A stretch of 42,260 bases of DNA from Chiloscyllium plagiosum (Eukaryota), in NCBI RefSeq assembly GCF_004010195.1, contig NC_057719.1, forward strand, positions 32,668,138 to 32,710,397. Reading direction: 5' to 3'. The notes under the pieces were generated by a model. It had not been told where the DNA came from. It saw only the letters and a list, made by a program, of their open reading frames with translations, and did no database searches. Positions within the stretch are counted from its first letter, which is position 1. Every line of letters begins with the position of its first letter. The position numbers and the translations under genes were made by a program. This document shows, one piece after another, positions 11,694-24,049 of the stretch.

Positions 11694-13172
11694 ATTAAAT
11701 TGCTTTAAGCAGGAGATTAAATTATACTTTACAGAGCTGAAGCACTGGCAAACATCCAAATAGGATTAATAAGATTTTCTTAGCTGAAAAATGTTAAAGT
11801 TTTTGAATTGTTCAAAAGAGGCAAGCTGATCAAGTTGATATGGTCTAACTGCACTGTTGGCTTCAGCTCAACTATTCAGATCTGATTTTAAGGTTGTTGG
11901 GCTGGGTCAGTTTAGGTTGGACTAACTTTAGTATCTCAAATAAGGCTCATTCATTCATCTGGATAACATCGAGTTCAATGATGAGGCACATCACAGTCAT
12001 GAGATGACACACAAAGAAATATGGTTTTCTCTCTCTTATAAGTGTAGGAAAGTCATAAATAGACTTAAAAACAACACACCCAACGTGTGAAAAATGCCAT
12101 GTCCAACAGTAGGATGGTGCTGAGTGGGGAACTTGCTGAATTCGATTGCTTTCTGAATGATCTCAGAGCACAACAAGAGCCACAGGAAATAAAGACTTTG
12201 AAAAGACATGGAATAATTGTATTAAAGAACTGTAATAGAAAAATAATACGTATAACAGAATGTAAATAAAAGAATTATGATGCAGCATACCTAAAGAAAT
12301 AGGAAAGATCTAGTGACCCTAGCATAGTGAACTACCTTGACTATACCAAGTTTCTCAATGTTGTCCAAGTGGGACGAAATGACACTAAGGTTCAATTTCA
12401 CTCATTCCACTGGAGGTGCTGAAGCCTGATTTGCCACATTAGAGCAGCTCAAAATGCACTTATAGTAAATTGACCATCTGTCACTTTGAAACATTATACT
12501 GGTCACCTGTTTCACATATCCCTTGAACAGGTCAGTCAATAGTAACTGACAAAGGAAGTTCAGGATTGTGGAAGATTAAGAGAAAAAGCTTATCAAGTTG
12601 CCAGAAATACAGTAATCTGAGGTTTTTAAAATACAGCAAGGAGGATCAAGAACCTGATGAAGAAAGGGACAATAGAATATAAATGCAATCAAGCAAAAAA
12701 TATAAAAATGCATTGTAAAAGCTCTGTAGGTTGTAAAACCTAAACATTTAGCTAAACCAAATATGAATCAATTACAGGGAGAGTCAAGACAATTTTTGAG
12801 ATAATAGAGAAATGGTAGGAAGTCTGTTTACACTGAGGAAAACATAAGAAATCTCACAGACTTAGACATTCAAGGGGCTAGGGAGATGAGGAGTTGGAGG
12901 AAATTAGTATAAGTAAGAACATTGTATTGGAGAAATTATTGAGCCTGAAAGTTGATAAATCTTCACTTTCTGATAACTTACATCCCAGTGTGTTGATGGA
13001 GGTGTCCATAGAGATAACTGATGATCTTTCAGAATTCTACTGATCCTGGAATGATTGCTGTTGGAAGCTAGCAAATGTTACCCCAATATTTAAGAAAGGA
13101 AAGGAGAAGGATGAGAAAATATAGACCTGATAGCCTTCCATGAGTAGTAGGGAAATGTTAGTATCTATTATA

Positions 13173-14463
13173 AAGACCTTAAGACCATGAGACATTGGAG
13201 TAGAAATTAGGTCATTCAGCCCATCGCATCTGCTCTGGTATTCAATCATGGCCGATAAGTTTCTCAACTCCATTCTCCTGCTTTCTCTCATTAATCCTCA
13301 ATCCCCTTGACAATCACGAACTTGTCTTTCTCTGTCTTAAATATACTCAATGACCTGGCCTCCACAGCTTTCTGTGGCAGTGAATTCCATAGATTCACCA
13401 CTTGCCAACTGAAGACATTGCTCCTTATCTCTGTTCTAAAAGGTCTTCTCTTTACTCTAAAGCTGTACCCTTGGGTCTTTGCCTCTCCTACCAATGAAAA
13501 CATCTTCCCAAAATCCACTCTGTCAAGGCTATTCAGTATTCTACATGTTTCAATTAGATCCCACTCATCCTTCTAAACTCCATTGTGTATAGACACAGAG
13601 TCCTCAAACGTTGCTCATATGTTCAGCTTTTCATTCCTGGGACCATTCTTGCGAACTTCTTCTGAATACACTCCAGGGCCAGTTTATCCTTCCAGAGATA
13701 AAGGGCTCAAAATTGCGCACAATACTCCAAATGTGGTCTGACTAGACCCTTATAGAGCCTCAGAAGTACATCCCTGCTTTATATTCTAGTCCTCTCAAAA
13801 TAAATGCCAACATTGCATTTGCCTTCCTATCTACTAACTCAACCTACAAGTTTATTTTGAGAAAATCCTGGACTAGAACTCCCAAGTTTCTTTGTACTTC
13901 AGACTTCTGCATTTTCTTCCCATTTAGAAAATAGTCAATGCCTCTATTCTTCCTAGCAAAGTGTAATGACCTCACACTTTCCCAAGTTGTACTCTATCTG
14001 CCACTTCTTTGCTCACTCTGCTAATCTGTTCAAATTATTCTGCAGCTTTCTCGCCTCCTCAATGCTCCCTGTCTCTCTATCTATCTTTGTATCATCTGCA
14101 AACTTAGCCAGAATGCCCTCAGTTCCTTCATCTAGATCATTAATGTATAAGGTGAAAAGTTGTGATCCTGACACTGACCCTTGTGGAACATTACTTGTCA
14201 CCAGCTGCCATTCTGAGGGGGACCCTTTTATTCCCCACTCTCTGCTTTCTGCCAGACAGCTAATCTTCTATCCATGCTAGCACCTAGGTTCTAGCACTAC
14301 AGGCCCTTATCTTACTCAGTAGCCTCCTGTGTGGCACTTCATCAAAGGTCTTCTTGACGATCACGTAGATAACATCCATTGGCTGTCCTTGGTCTAACCT
14401 GCTCATTACTTCCCCAAAGAACTTCAGCAGATTTCTCAGGCATGACTTCCCCTTGATGAAACC
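13173..14463 (-). mobile_element. CR1 LINE 3' portion inserted in the older CR1
   Basis: ORF pieces GKSCLRNLLKFF, VPQGSV..LFTLYINDLD..KFADDTKI, VVNLWNSLPQKAVEA. Tail aagacc.t repeats. Confidence 0.92.
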
Positions 14464-15503
14464 AAGGATGTAAAGGATGGAATAAATAGACACCTGGCTG
14501 AAATTGATCAGATTGGGTATGGTTAGTATGGATTTGCAAATGGAAAATTGTATTTGACAACCTTGCTAGAGGCTTTTGAAGATATTGCTAACAAAATTTA
14601 TAAAGGAGAGGTGATATAAATGTTATATTTATATTTGAGAAGACTTTTAATTAAGTCCTTAAAAAAGGCTGGTTAGAAAAATTAAAGCACATAGGAGAGG
14701 AGGGAATGTACAAGAATGGATTAATGATTAATCAACAGACATAAAACAACAATAAAAAGGTCATTTTTCATTGGCAGACTATAACTAGTGGGTACTGCAA
14801 GGATCCATTCTTGGGCCCCAATTACTTACAATATATATCAATAAAATGCAAAGTTAAATGACAATCTGTGTTGTGAGAGATATGCAATGTGGCTTCAGAT
14901 GGATTTGGGCAGGCTTAGTGAATGGGCAAGAATATGGCAAATGGAATATAATGTGAGGTTATCCATTTTGGTAGAAGAAACAGATATGCAAAGCATTCTT
15001 AAAAGGTAAGAGGTTAGAACGTGTAGATGAACAAAAAGAACTAGGTGTCCTTATCGATTAGTGACTGAGGCCAACATTCAGGTGCAGAAAAGAATTCAGG
15101 AGGATGTTGAAATGCTATCCTTTATTGCAAGAGGATTTGTTTTGCAAAGTGTTGCTTCAGTTGTATAGTAGATTGGTGTGACTCACCTGGTGTACTGTGT
15201 GCAGGTTTGGTCTCCTTACTATAGCACAGAGATTAATGTAATCGGAGGAGGGCAGTGCACATTCACTAATGTTTCAAAGAATGAGAAGTGATCTCATTGA
15301 AACGTGCAAAGTACTTCAAGAGTTAGGCTGCATAAATTCTTAGGTTTCCCCCAATTATAGCATCCAGAACCAAGGTGACAATTTAAAAATAAGGCATTGG
15401 GTTTGAGGTGATGAGAAATCTCTTGACTTAGAAGGTTATAAACTGATGGAATTTGCTACCTCAGGCAGCTTTGGAAGCTTTGACTAAGTTGAATGTAGAC
15501 ATT

Positions 15504-16953
15504 TTTAGGATTGAGCAAAAATCCCCATCATCTAAATTACTGAAGATGACCCTGGGCTTTTCCACTATCGAAAATACTGGGCAAAACCTTAGCCTCAAGG
15601 TGCAGTGAATCCACAACAGAGCCTGCAGACTTCTAAAAGAACAATCAACTAAAATTAACAGATTCTAGCCAGAGACAGCTTTTACACCTCAGGTTATGCA
15701 ACACTGACAGTATAGGGCTTACAGAGATACTAGACATTCAACTTCAATTGAAATCTATTCATGCATACTTTTAATAATCAGGAAACTAGTTAACTTCAGA
15801 AGGAACATCAGAAACACAGTGGAAAGCACAGTTTTACTGCGAAGATAAGGGGCCCACAGTCAATATAATAGCAGTCCCCGATCTCATCTGACAGAGTGAA
15901 TCCAACAGCAATTCCAAAGCATTCCAAGAGCTAATTCCAGCACTATTTCCAAGAACATTTTCTGAAAGCAGTTCCAAGAACAGTTTTGAGATCAGTCCGA
16001 ACACTTCAAGAACATTCTGGGATTTTCTGAGCAAGAGCTAGCAGACGAGGGGAACCAACCACAACAAGCACATCCAAGAACTGACAAACTCCGAAAAGCA
16101 TCCAACTTGATCAACCACCACCAGGCCTCAGATCATCCTAGGTTCCCTTCATGGGGAAACAGGCCATTCGGCCCAACAAGTCCACACCGACCCTCAGGGG
16201 AGTAACCCACTCAGACTCATTCCTCTACATTTATCCCTGACACATGCACCTAACTAACACACCCTTGAACACTATGGGCAATTTAGCATGGCCAATTCAC
16301 CTAACCCGCACATTTTTAGATTGTGGGAGAAAACCGGAGCATACTTCCTGGGGTGAAAACCGGGCCAGCAAAACCAGCAGAAAGGAAAGAAATACTTACC
16401 CAATAGATCCACTACACACCTTACTCCATTAGTGGACTCAACCCAAACTCAAAAGCCGACGCAGTCCGAAGTCTTTGCCCAGGCTCCAGGCATTGTAAGC
16501 AGGAACAGTCAGACATATCTCAAAATGACGTTTCCCCCAGTGGTGAGTTGAAACTCCCAAGACCCCAAAGTTGCGAGCGAGCTAACAGGGAGGGGGAGGT
16601 AGGTGGTGACAGTGCAGTGGGACCCCAAGAGCAGGAATTCTGATTAAAAATTCTGTAATTAACCTGTTGTTTTTAGGTTCAGTTGTGTCTAATAGATTAT
16701 TCGTAGTATTACTGTCCTCTGTATAGTTGATTGTGTCAATTTCCCAGTTTATTGCATTTACATATATATCTTGTATTATAGTTAACTTTTGTATTTAAAT
16801 AAATGCAGAGATTCTTTTGCATTGAAACATCTGCCTACTACCTTCTTCATTTCGCATTCTCTAAATAAGCTCAGTGCCTAGACCCAGTGATGTGGGGGTG
16901 GTTTGAACTACTTAAAAATCAGAAAATTACTGATTGCAAACTAGCACCCTACA
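15504..16953 (+). mobile_element. Solo LTR-like element (about 1.2 kb excluding the nested SINE) with 4-bp TSD
   Basis: TSD CATT at 15500-15503 and 16954-16957, and the host CR1 rejoins cleanly. Ends are T(T)TAGG...CCTACA, i.e. TG..CA with one change. AATAAA at 16798-16803. Confidence 0.7.
16139..16341 (-). mobile_element. HE1-type SINE, 5'-truncated, nested in the LTR
   Basis: ggaaacaggccattcggcccaacaagtccacaccgaccctc...gggcaatttagcatggccaattcacctaac. Absent from the paralogous LTR copy at about 5420. Confidence 0.9.
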
Positions 16954-17129
16954 CATTGATAGATTTCTAATTACAAATTGCACAAAGGCTTACACAGATG
17001 AGGTAGGTAAAAGGCATTGAAGTGTTCAATATTGAAAAGTCTGTAGACTCAGTGGCTTGAAAGGCCTACTCATGTTCCTATGTTCTTATGTAGCAAGGAT
17101 GCCATTAGAAAAGAAAAAAACACACAAGC

Positions 17130-19090
17130 TTTAATGAATTGAAAAGAAACCATGTCAGCACCACATAGAACATACAGTCCCGACCCCTGGAGAAAGTGTG
17201 AAGGGTCTTTAAATTTGGCAAAGCAGCAGGACGTAATAAATTTCACAAGAATTTGAAACATCTTGACTCTGGTGTTCAATCCTGGCTGAGCCAGTGTTAT
17301 ATTAGAAGCATCAGCTCAAACTCATTCCCAAACGTATGTGTGGAATAGAGTAAAAATCATAGCTTTTTCAAAACTTAAAGGTGATCTCACATTTTGCAGC
17401 CAACTACTGACCAATTTCACTGCTTTCTGTTTGCTTTAAGATTGTTGAATGTCTTTTCCTGCAAGGAAGGAGAGGCCACATTTAAAGTGGACCAAACCAG
17501 TTTCCTTCCTGATGCAGCTCATGTGATCAGGTTCTGGCATGCACCACCCACAATGAAATAGCTTTTAAAAGAATCTGAAGACAGGCAGAGAGCTACTGGA
17601 CCTCACAGCTGCTGATAATACAGTGAGGCTCATTGGCCTGCTCCTAAAGCGAGGCGGACGTGGGTACTGCAGATGCTGGAGATTAGAGTCAAGGTTAGAG
17701 TGGTGCTGGAAAAGCACAGAAGGACAGGCAGCATCCGAGGAGCAGGAAAATTGATATTTCGGGCAAAAGCCCTTCATCAGAAACGAGGCTGAGAGCCTTG
17801 GGGGTGGACAGATAGATGGGATGGAGGTGGGGCTGGGGAGAAGGCAGCTGAGAGTGCAATAGGTGTATGGATGTGGGGGCATAGGTGATAGGTCAGAGAA
17901 GAGAGTGGAGCGGATAAGTGGGAATTTATCTCTCCACCCCCCCAAAGTTCCCAGCCTCATTCGTGATGAAGGGCCTTTGCCTGAAACGTTGATTTTCCTG
18001 CTCCTCAGATGCTGATGGACGTGCTGTGCTTTTCCAGCACCACTCTAATCCTGCTCCTAAAGCTGCCCAGAGTACTTCCACCCCAAGTAGGGACAGGTAT
18101 TGAAACATTCCTTCACAACAGACAATTTAGTGTACAAATCAACAAGGGAAAAATGAATAAAGAAGTCTGGCTAATGGACCACCTAATTTCATTAATGTCA
18201 TTGACGTATCACACTCAAACTCCAACATCCTGCATCCTGGACAAAGTTACAAAGTTGATGGATTACTTCAGCATGTGATGTCTCAAACTGAATCCCTCTA
18301 CAATCACACCCAGTGTATCCCACTACAACGTCAGTGCCACAAAAACATTGCATATCTACATGGATGTTAAATGATTAAAGTACAATCCCAAACCAACAAA
18401 CTCTAGAGGAACCTGAATAGAACTTTGTTCCAGGAACAGCTGAAGAAAAAGTAGCTAAGGTCAAAAAGCAAACAACAAACAACCTATCAACCAAATGTGC
18501 TTGATCTTCAGGTGTGTTGCTGCTACAATAGGCTAGCTCTCATTATTTGCCCAGTAACACTGCAGCAGACAACTGTCTACCTGTCTGGTGTAGGTTATCA
18601 CTTATGCACATCGTGCCAGCACTCAATTGAATCTGACAGTGAATTCATTAATTACAAGCCTCCACCAAAGCTTTCTGATCCTTGCAAACATCACTTCCCC
18701 ATACACCTTTTTGACAAAAACTTGCAAGCTGGTTGAAACCATTCTTGCTGTACTTCAATGATGAAACTATGATGATCTGTTTTAATTTGCTTACTTCCTA
18801 CCTTCCATCTCCGTGCTTCACATGAGCAACCTTTCTGAGCAAGATCCACCAGCAGACATTCTAGGAATGTAAATATCAGAAGTCATCAACAAGTTCCTTG
18901 TGGCAAACCTCACCTGTAAAAAAGCAAGCTTTGAACTATCACAGAGAGAGTAGTTCTTGCTGAACAGATTCAGGAAATGCCAGGATCTCTGTACAGCCTC
19001 GATACAAATCCATCTGGATCTGTGGAAAGACACAGATAATGCACATAACCAAGATGTATCTCTTCATTAGGCTAAGTGGACTAATCACCT
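17130..19090 (+). mobile_element. Heavily decayed Vingi/Ingi-like LINE (RT to C-terminus), interrupted by a PLE insertion
   Basis: Ordered remnants: KFGKAAG; WNRVKIIA; AANY*PISLLSVCFKI; CDQVLA; LLDLTAA.NTV..GLLLKL; TFLHNRQFSV; NRTL.F.EQLKK..AKVK; LLNRFR..Q.LC; CGKTQIMH. Confidence 0.7.
17651..18049. mobile_element. PLE pLTR inverted pair, family A, with 14-bp TSD
   Basis: Minus arm about 17655-17925, plus arm about 17926-18049. TSD cctgctcctaaagc at 17637-17650 and 18050-18063. Degenerate hammerhead motifs at about 17748-17785 (-) and 17959-17995 (+). Confidence 0.88.
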
Positions 19091-19127
19091 TAAACTTTGT
19101 AAATGAGGATTTGATCACGTGATTAAA

Positions 19128-19406
19128 TTAGATTCCCTACAGTATGGAAACAGGCCATTTGGTCCAACAAATCCACACTGACCCTTTGAAGATTAACTCA
19201 CCCAGACACATTTCCCACTGACTAATGTACCTAACGCTATGGGCAATTTAGCACGGCCAATTCACCTAACCTGCACAGCTTTTTAGATTGTGGAAGAAAA
19301 CCGGAGCAAACCCACACAGACATGGGGAGAATGTGCAAACTCCACACAGACAGTTGCCCGAGGCTGGAATTGAACCCGAGGCCCTGGTGCTGTGCCACCG
19401 TGCCAC
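19128..19406 (-). mobile_element. HE1-type SINE
   Basis: ttagattccctacag...ggagaatgtgcaaactccacacagacag...gccaccgtgcc. Confidence 0.92.
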
Positions 19407-19993
19407 ATGGCTCCCATGCTTTGCATTCTTTAAATAAAATAACAAACTAGAAGAGTTTATTGGAACCCTAGACTGTCACGTGAAAGTCACTTTAAGGTAA
19501 GGCTGAGGCAGAGCTGCTGCAGCTTATAGGGAGAGTATAATATAAGCAAGCTGCCTCCCAACATTGCATGACCAAAGCCCTCCATCTGTGCCATATGGCA
19601 GACAGAATGCATGAGCACTGACTGACAAACTGTTGAATCCAAATGGCAGCTCAAACCATGGTGTCAGTTCCATCCACAAATGATTTAAATTTGCTTCCAC
19701 GCCCATAAATCTTAGTCCCACATGAACATATGAGAAAGAAATGGGAACAGGAGTAGATACAAAGTCCCTCAAACCTATTCTGACACCATTCTGTAGATTT
19801 CATCTTAAATACCTAACTTGGATTTCAGTTGTACTTTACCAATTGTCTCAGTTCTCCTACAGTTCAAATGTCTTTTGGTTTCAGCTTTGAAAGATCATTA
19901 AAAACTGAGGAAGATGATGTGAAATCCTAGGCTCAGATACATTAGTCAGAGAGAAAGTAAATATGCACCAAGTCAAAAACAACACAAATAAAA

Positions 19994-20721
19994 GATGGGG
20001 TACTGGGCTAATGGTCGGATACTTGGTAGTGTGGATGAGCAGAGGGATCTTGGTGTCCATGTACACAGATCTCTGAAAGTTGCCACCCAGGTAAATAGTG
20101 CGGTGAGGAAGGCATATGGCGTACTGGCTTTTATTGGTAGAGGAATTGAGTTCCGGAGTCCTGAGGTCATGATGCAGTTGTATAAGACTCTGGTGCGGCC
20201 GCATCTGGAATATTGTGTGCAGTTTTGGTCGCCATACTATAGGAAGGATGTGGAGGCATTGGAACGGGTGCAGAGGAGGTTTACCAGGATGTTGCCTGGT
20301 ATGGAAGGAAAATCGTATGAGGAAAGACTGAGGCACTTGGGGCTGTTTTCACTAGAGAAAAGAAGGTTTAGGGGTGACTTGATTGAGGTGTACAAGATGA
20401 TTAGGGGGTTAGATAGGGTCGACAGTATGAACCTTTTCCCGCGTATTGAGTCGGGTATTACAAGGGGGCATAGCTTTAAATTAAGGGGGGGTAGATATAG
20501 GACTGATGTTAGGGGTAGGTTCTTCACTCAGCGAGTCGTTAGTTCATGGAATGCCCTGCCAGTAACAGTGGTGGACTCTCCCTCTTTATGGGCATTTAAG
20601 AGGGCATTGGATAGGTATATGGAGGATAGTAGGTTAGTGTAGTTTAGGTGGGCTTGGATCGGCGCAACATCGAGGGCCCAAGGGCCTGTACTGCGCTGTA
20701 TTCTTCTATGTTCTATGTTCT
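19994..20721 (+). mobile_element. Young 5'-truncated CR1/HER1 with open ORF2 C-terminus and 13-bp TSD
   Basis: Uninterrupted 215-aa frame 19995-20642 (LYKTLVRPHLEYCVQFWSPYYRKD..WNALP). ttctatg tail. TSD aacacaaataaaa at 19981-19993 and 20722-20734. Confidence 0.97.
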
Positions 20722-22044
20722 AACACAAATAAAAAGAACTCAGAAATAAAACACTGGAAGAAGAGAAAACAAAAGACAGACGTAAAAGGGAGACAACTCA
20801 AAGACTGGGAAAAGCAATAGTGTGAATGGAATTAAAATTACATATCAAGTAACTGCTAATTAAATAACAAGCAATATTAATGCAATCATGCTGCATTGTG
20901 GTGATGCTTACTTCAACACCATGATGAATTGAACATTTATAAGTTCAACCAGCCAAGTGAGAGAGTCATTGCTTTGACCTAGTAACAATCTAATGATACA
21001 ATTGTCTTGCTGTGGAGCCTTTTAATAGTTTTTTTTTATTAATCAAATGGCCAATCCATTCCATCTTAAAGATGAGAGATATCATCCATCAAAAAAATCA
21101 CATCACAATTCTCGGATGCTTTTTTCAGACATGCCCACTGTTTGATATGGTGCTAAACTTGACATAATAGAAGGACCTAAGCTGAATTCCCAATTCTGCT
21201 AGATTTGATCATAGCAAACTGGGTTATCACAATTCATAATCTAGGTTAGGGAGAAAAGTGCATCTGCCACCCAAGGATGGAGAGAAGGAAAACTGCTAAA
21301 AAAGACAGGCGCCGTATAATAAATTCTACTTGATATTAATATTCTGCATTTGCAACAAACCCGTGTAATTTGATATTCTAAATGTTAGAAGCTTTAATTT
21401 GTTGATACAGTTGTTTTATACAGCAAAGCCTCCACTGGGAAAGGTTTTTGATGGGCAGTTTGAATGTACATTAATTACCATACAAATTCCATTCAGTGAA
21501 CAATGTGTGATTTGATTAGAGCATGATCCACCTAGTCTATTCTGATCTAAACTGTCTGTAGAGCAGAAACATTGCGTAGCCATTCCATTTCTGCTGTGTG
21601 TGCATGTGTCATTGCACAGAGGTTAATCTGCTGCAGCAGATCCCTGATTGTGGAACAAATAGATAAGAAGGTCAATTATCAACCTTATGTTTACTTTGAA
21701 AGCCCACTAAGAGAATTATGGTGGGGGACAGACCTTTAGTAGAAGATGCCATTATTTCAAAATCAACCCTGTTATTAACACAAATTTATCTTTCACGTGA
21801 GAAGCAAGCACCCTAGTGTAAGATAGGAAGTCAATTGTAATAATATTGAGGAGAATAATTTTCGATCTACTTTTTTGACTTTTTATATAGTTTACTGTGG
21901 ACTGATAAATGTGGTATGTCGGAGAGATTAAAAGAATGCAACAAAAATGATCAACATCCTTAACCACTCATTGAAGAATTTGAAAAACATATGGAGAACT
22001 CATGTAAGTCATAGTGAAATTTTTAAAAATGTGTGGATTGGTCT

Positions 22045-22147
22045 GTGACTTCTGTGTGAGAAGGCTGTGGGTTCCTGGTCCATTTCAAAAACTGAAGGAG
22101 TGTTAAACTATCAAATAAGACATTAAGCTGAAGCACTGTCTCTCCCT
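22045..22147 (+). mobile_element. Very old Deu-domain (AmnSINE-like) SINE head relic
   Basis: ctgtgtgagaaggctgtgggttc ... actgaaggagtg ... ataagacattaagctgaagcactgtctctccct resembles the DeuSINE head and core as recalled; not aligned computationally. Confidence 0.45.
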
Positions 22148-22781
22148 AAATTGTTCGCCTTGCTATTATTATCAATGCAAAATCTGGACCAAAACTGCTG
22201 ATGTTCCAGCACAAAATTTAGAAATGACTTTTCAGTTGAGGTTTACCCTTTTATCATATTGACTGTTCCATTTGGTAAGTCAATTAATCTTGAGGGAATA
22301 AAACAGTTGCTGCATTTTATTTTTGGGCAACAAAGAATAACAATTTTGTAATCTTTAAGTAATAACATGCAGAAAATAAAGCTAAGATTCTGAATTTCAT
22401 CAAAAAGGTAATGCACCAAATCTGTGCAATTAGTCCCGGAATTGCTGCAAAAACATTTTGTCCAATTAGTGGTAGCTATGATTTACAAGCTGACATTAGC
22501 TTTAGTGATTTTTTGCTGGAAGAATTACATTACACACACAGTTTAAAAGGACAGCTAATGATTACTGCAGAGGTTTAATGGGTTGACTACTTTAGCAAGT
22601 TTTTTTCCCCTAATCAGGCTAGGGATACAATGCTTTCTGCCTGTTGTCTGTTATCAGCATTTCCAGTCCCAACAACATTGTCACTGAGTCAGCAAGTAAT
22701 TTAAGCATTTGGATATATCTGATACAACACCTGGTGTAAGTGACATGGCAACAAGTCATTCACTTTCTGCAACAGCAGTGG

Positions 22782-22880
22782 AGCAAGACTAGCATTTACA
22801 TAATGTCCTTCACAAACTCACGATGTCTCAAGACACTTTGTGCAAATGATACGTTTTTGAAGTGTTGTCATTGTTATTGC
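22782..22880 (-). mobile_element. Old Deu-domain (AmnSINE-like) SINE 3' end
   Basis: Minus strand aacaatgacaacacttcaaaaacgtatcatttg...gtgaaggacattatgtaaatgctag resembles the DeuSINE tail (acacttcaaaagtacttcattggc...gtgaaaggcgctatataaatgcaag). Confidence 0.6.
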
Positions 22881-24049
22881 TTGTGCTTAATGACAAAAAT
22901 GTCACGCAGTTTTTCCTTTCTGAAGCTGTTTACTTTGAAAACCTGTGGACAACTGAGCTGAAGTCATTGCGCTTTTAGTTTTGGAATTCTGAGGCAGTGG
23001 GCAGCAAGAGGAGATGGAAACAATATTGAAATTTTGCTCGTGTGCACCTGTTGCAATCATTCAGGGATTAAAACAGTTTAAAATATGTTGGAATAAAGTC
23101 GATGGTCTGGTCGGAACTCAACAAACTTGTAAAGGTGGTGTGCAGAAAATCTGGCAATCGCAAGATTACATCAAGTTGACAGTAAAAGGTTGGCTTGGCA
23201 TAGCACACAGCAACCTGTACCACAGTGCCCAGGAACCATAGTAGGTCATGAAAGCAGGGTATGCGTTACGGTTCCTGCTGGCCCCACAGAAATTCCCTCC
23301 CCTAAAGTGTTCCAGAACGCTTAGAGAGCAGCCTCCAACTAGTTTCTTTGAGAACTCCTGATGCGATTGCTCACCTTCTGCAAGCTCCACCTACTGTATC
23401 TATTGAGTGGCTCAATTCTTCAAGATTTTATGTGGCTCAATTGTTGAAGAGCTAATTTCAATTTTTTCTCTAAAACGCTTAATATTGCTTGCAAATAAAA
23501 TGCAAAGGGTTCAATATTTAGGGCTGAATCACTTTGTAAACCCTTTAATTAATGTATCCTCACAATGATGACTCCTTTTAAAAGTATAGAGAAATGCACA
23601 AACCATATAGGTTGCATAAGTCAAGATTTTTGCCTTCTGTAGCCACAAATGCATCATGGAACCTGGACAGTCAATACTGAGAAAAATCAATATTCCCATT
23701 AATTTTCTTTATTTATTTCTCAAGTTGCTGATTCAAGCATTCTTTAATAGCTTGATGTAGGATATAGCTATGAAGAACACAACAATTTCAAAACACTAAA
23801 TATCCAAGCCTGCTATATTCAGGCATGGACTAACCAGTAAGCAACAACTCATGGGAGTGAGTTACCTGGGTATCATTGGATAGATCCAGGCTTAGTCAAG
23901 ACGTTAGCCTAGATAGGCCTAGTGCAGATTATTTTAGAAACAATAATCCTGAGAAGAAAACTTGACATTGCAGATTGTTTGCAGTTCAGAATTGCTGGCA
24001 CAGATTCAAACATGTAAAGAAACATTTGCAAAAAACATTACTTTGGTGG

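Larger units (their letters stand above)
12540..17090 (+). mobile_element. Old CR1 LINE (segments about 12540-13172, 14465-15503 and 16958-17090) hosting nested insertions
   Basis: Degenerate CR1 ORF2 motifs (gcaaatgttaccccaatatttaagaaagg; caaggatccattcttgggcc; gtactgtgtgcaggtttggtctcc) and a tgttccta/tgttctta tail at about 17075-17090. Confidence 0.8.

Noticed and set aside
19470..19550. Promoter (CACGTG E-box plus TATA-like tataatataag)
   Set aside because: Short motifs are expected by chance, and there is no CpG island or downstream exon.
19995..20642. Host gene of 215 aa
   Set aside because: It is the C-terminus of CR1 ORF2 in a 5'-truncated insertion with a TSD. The antisense ORFs over it are shadows.
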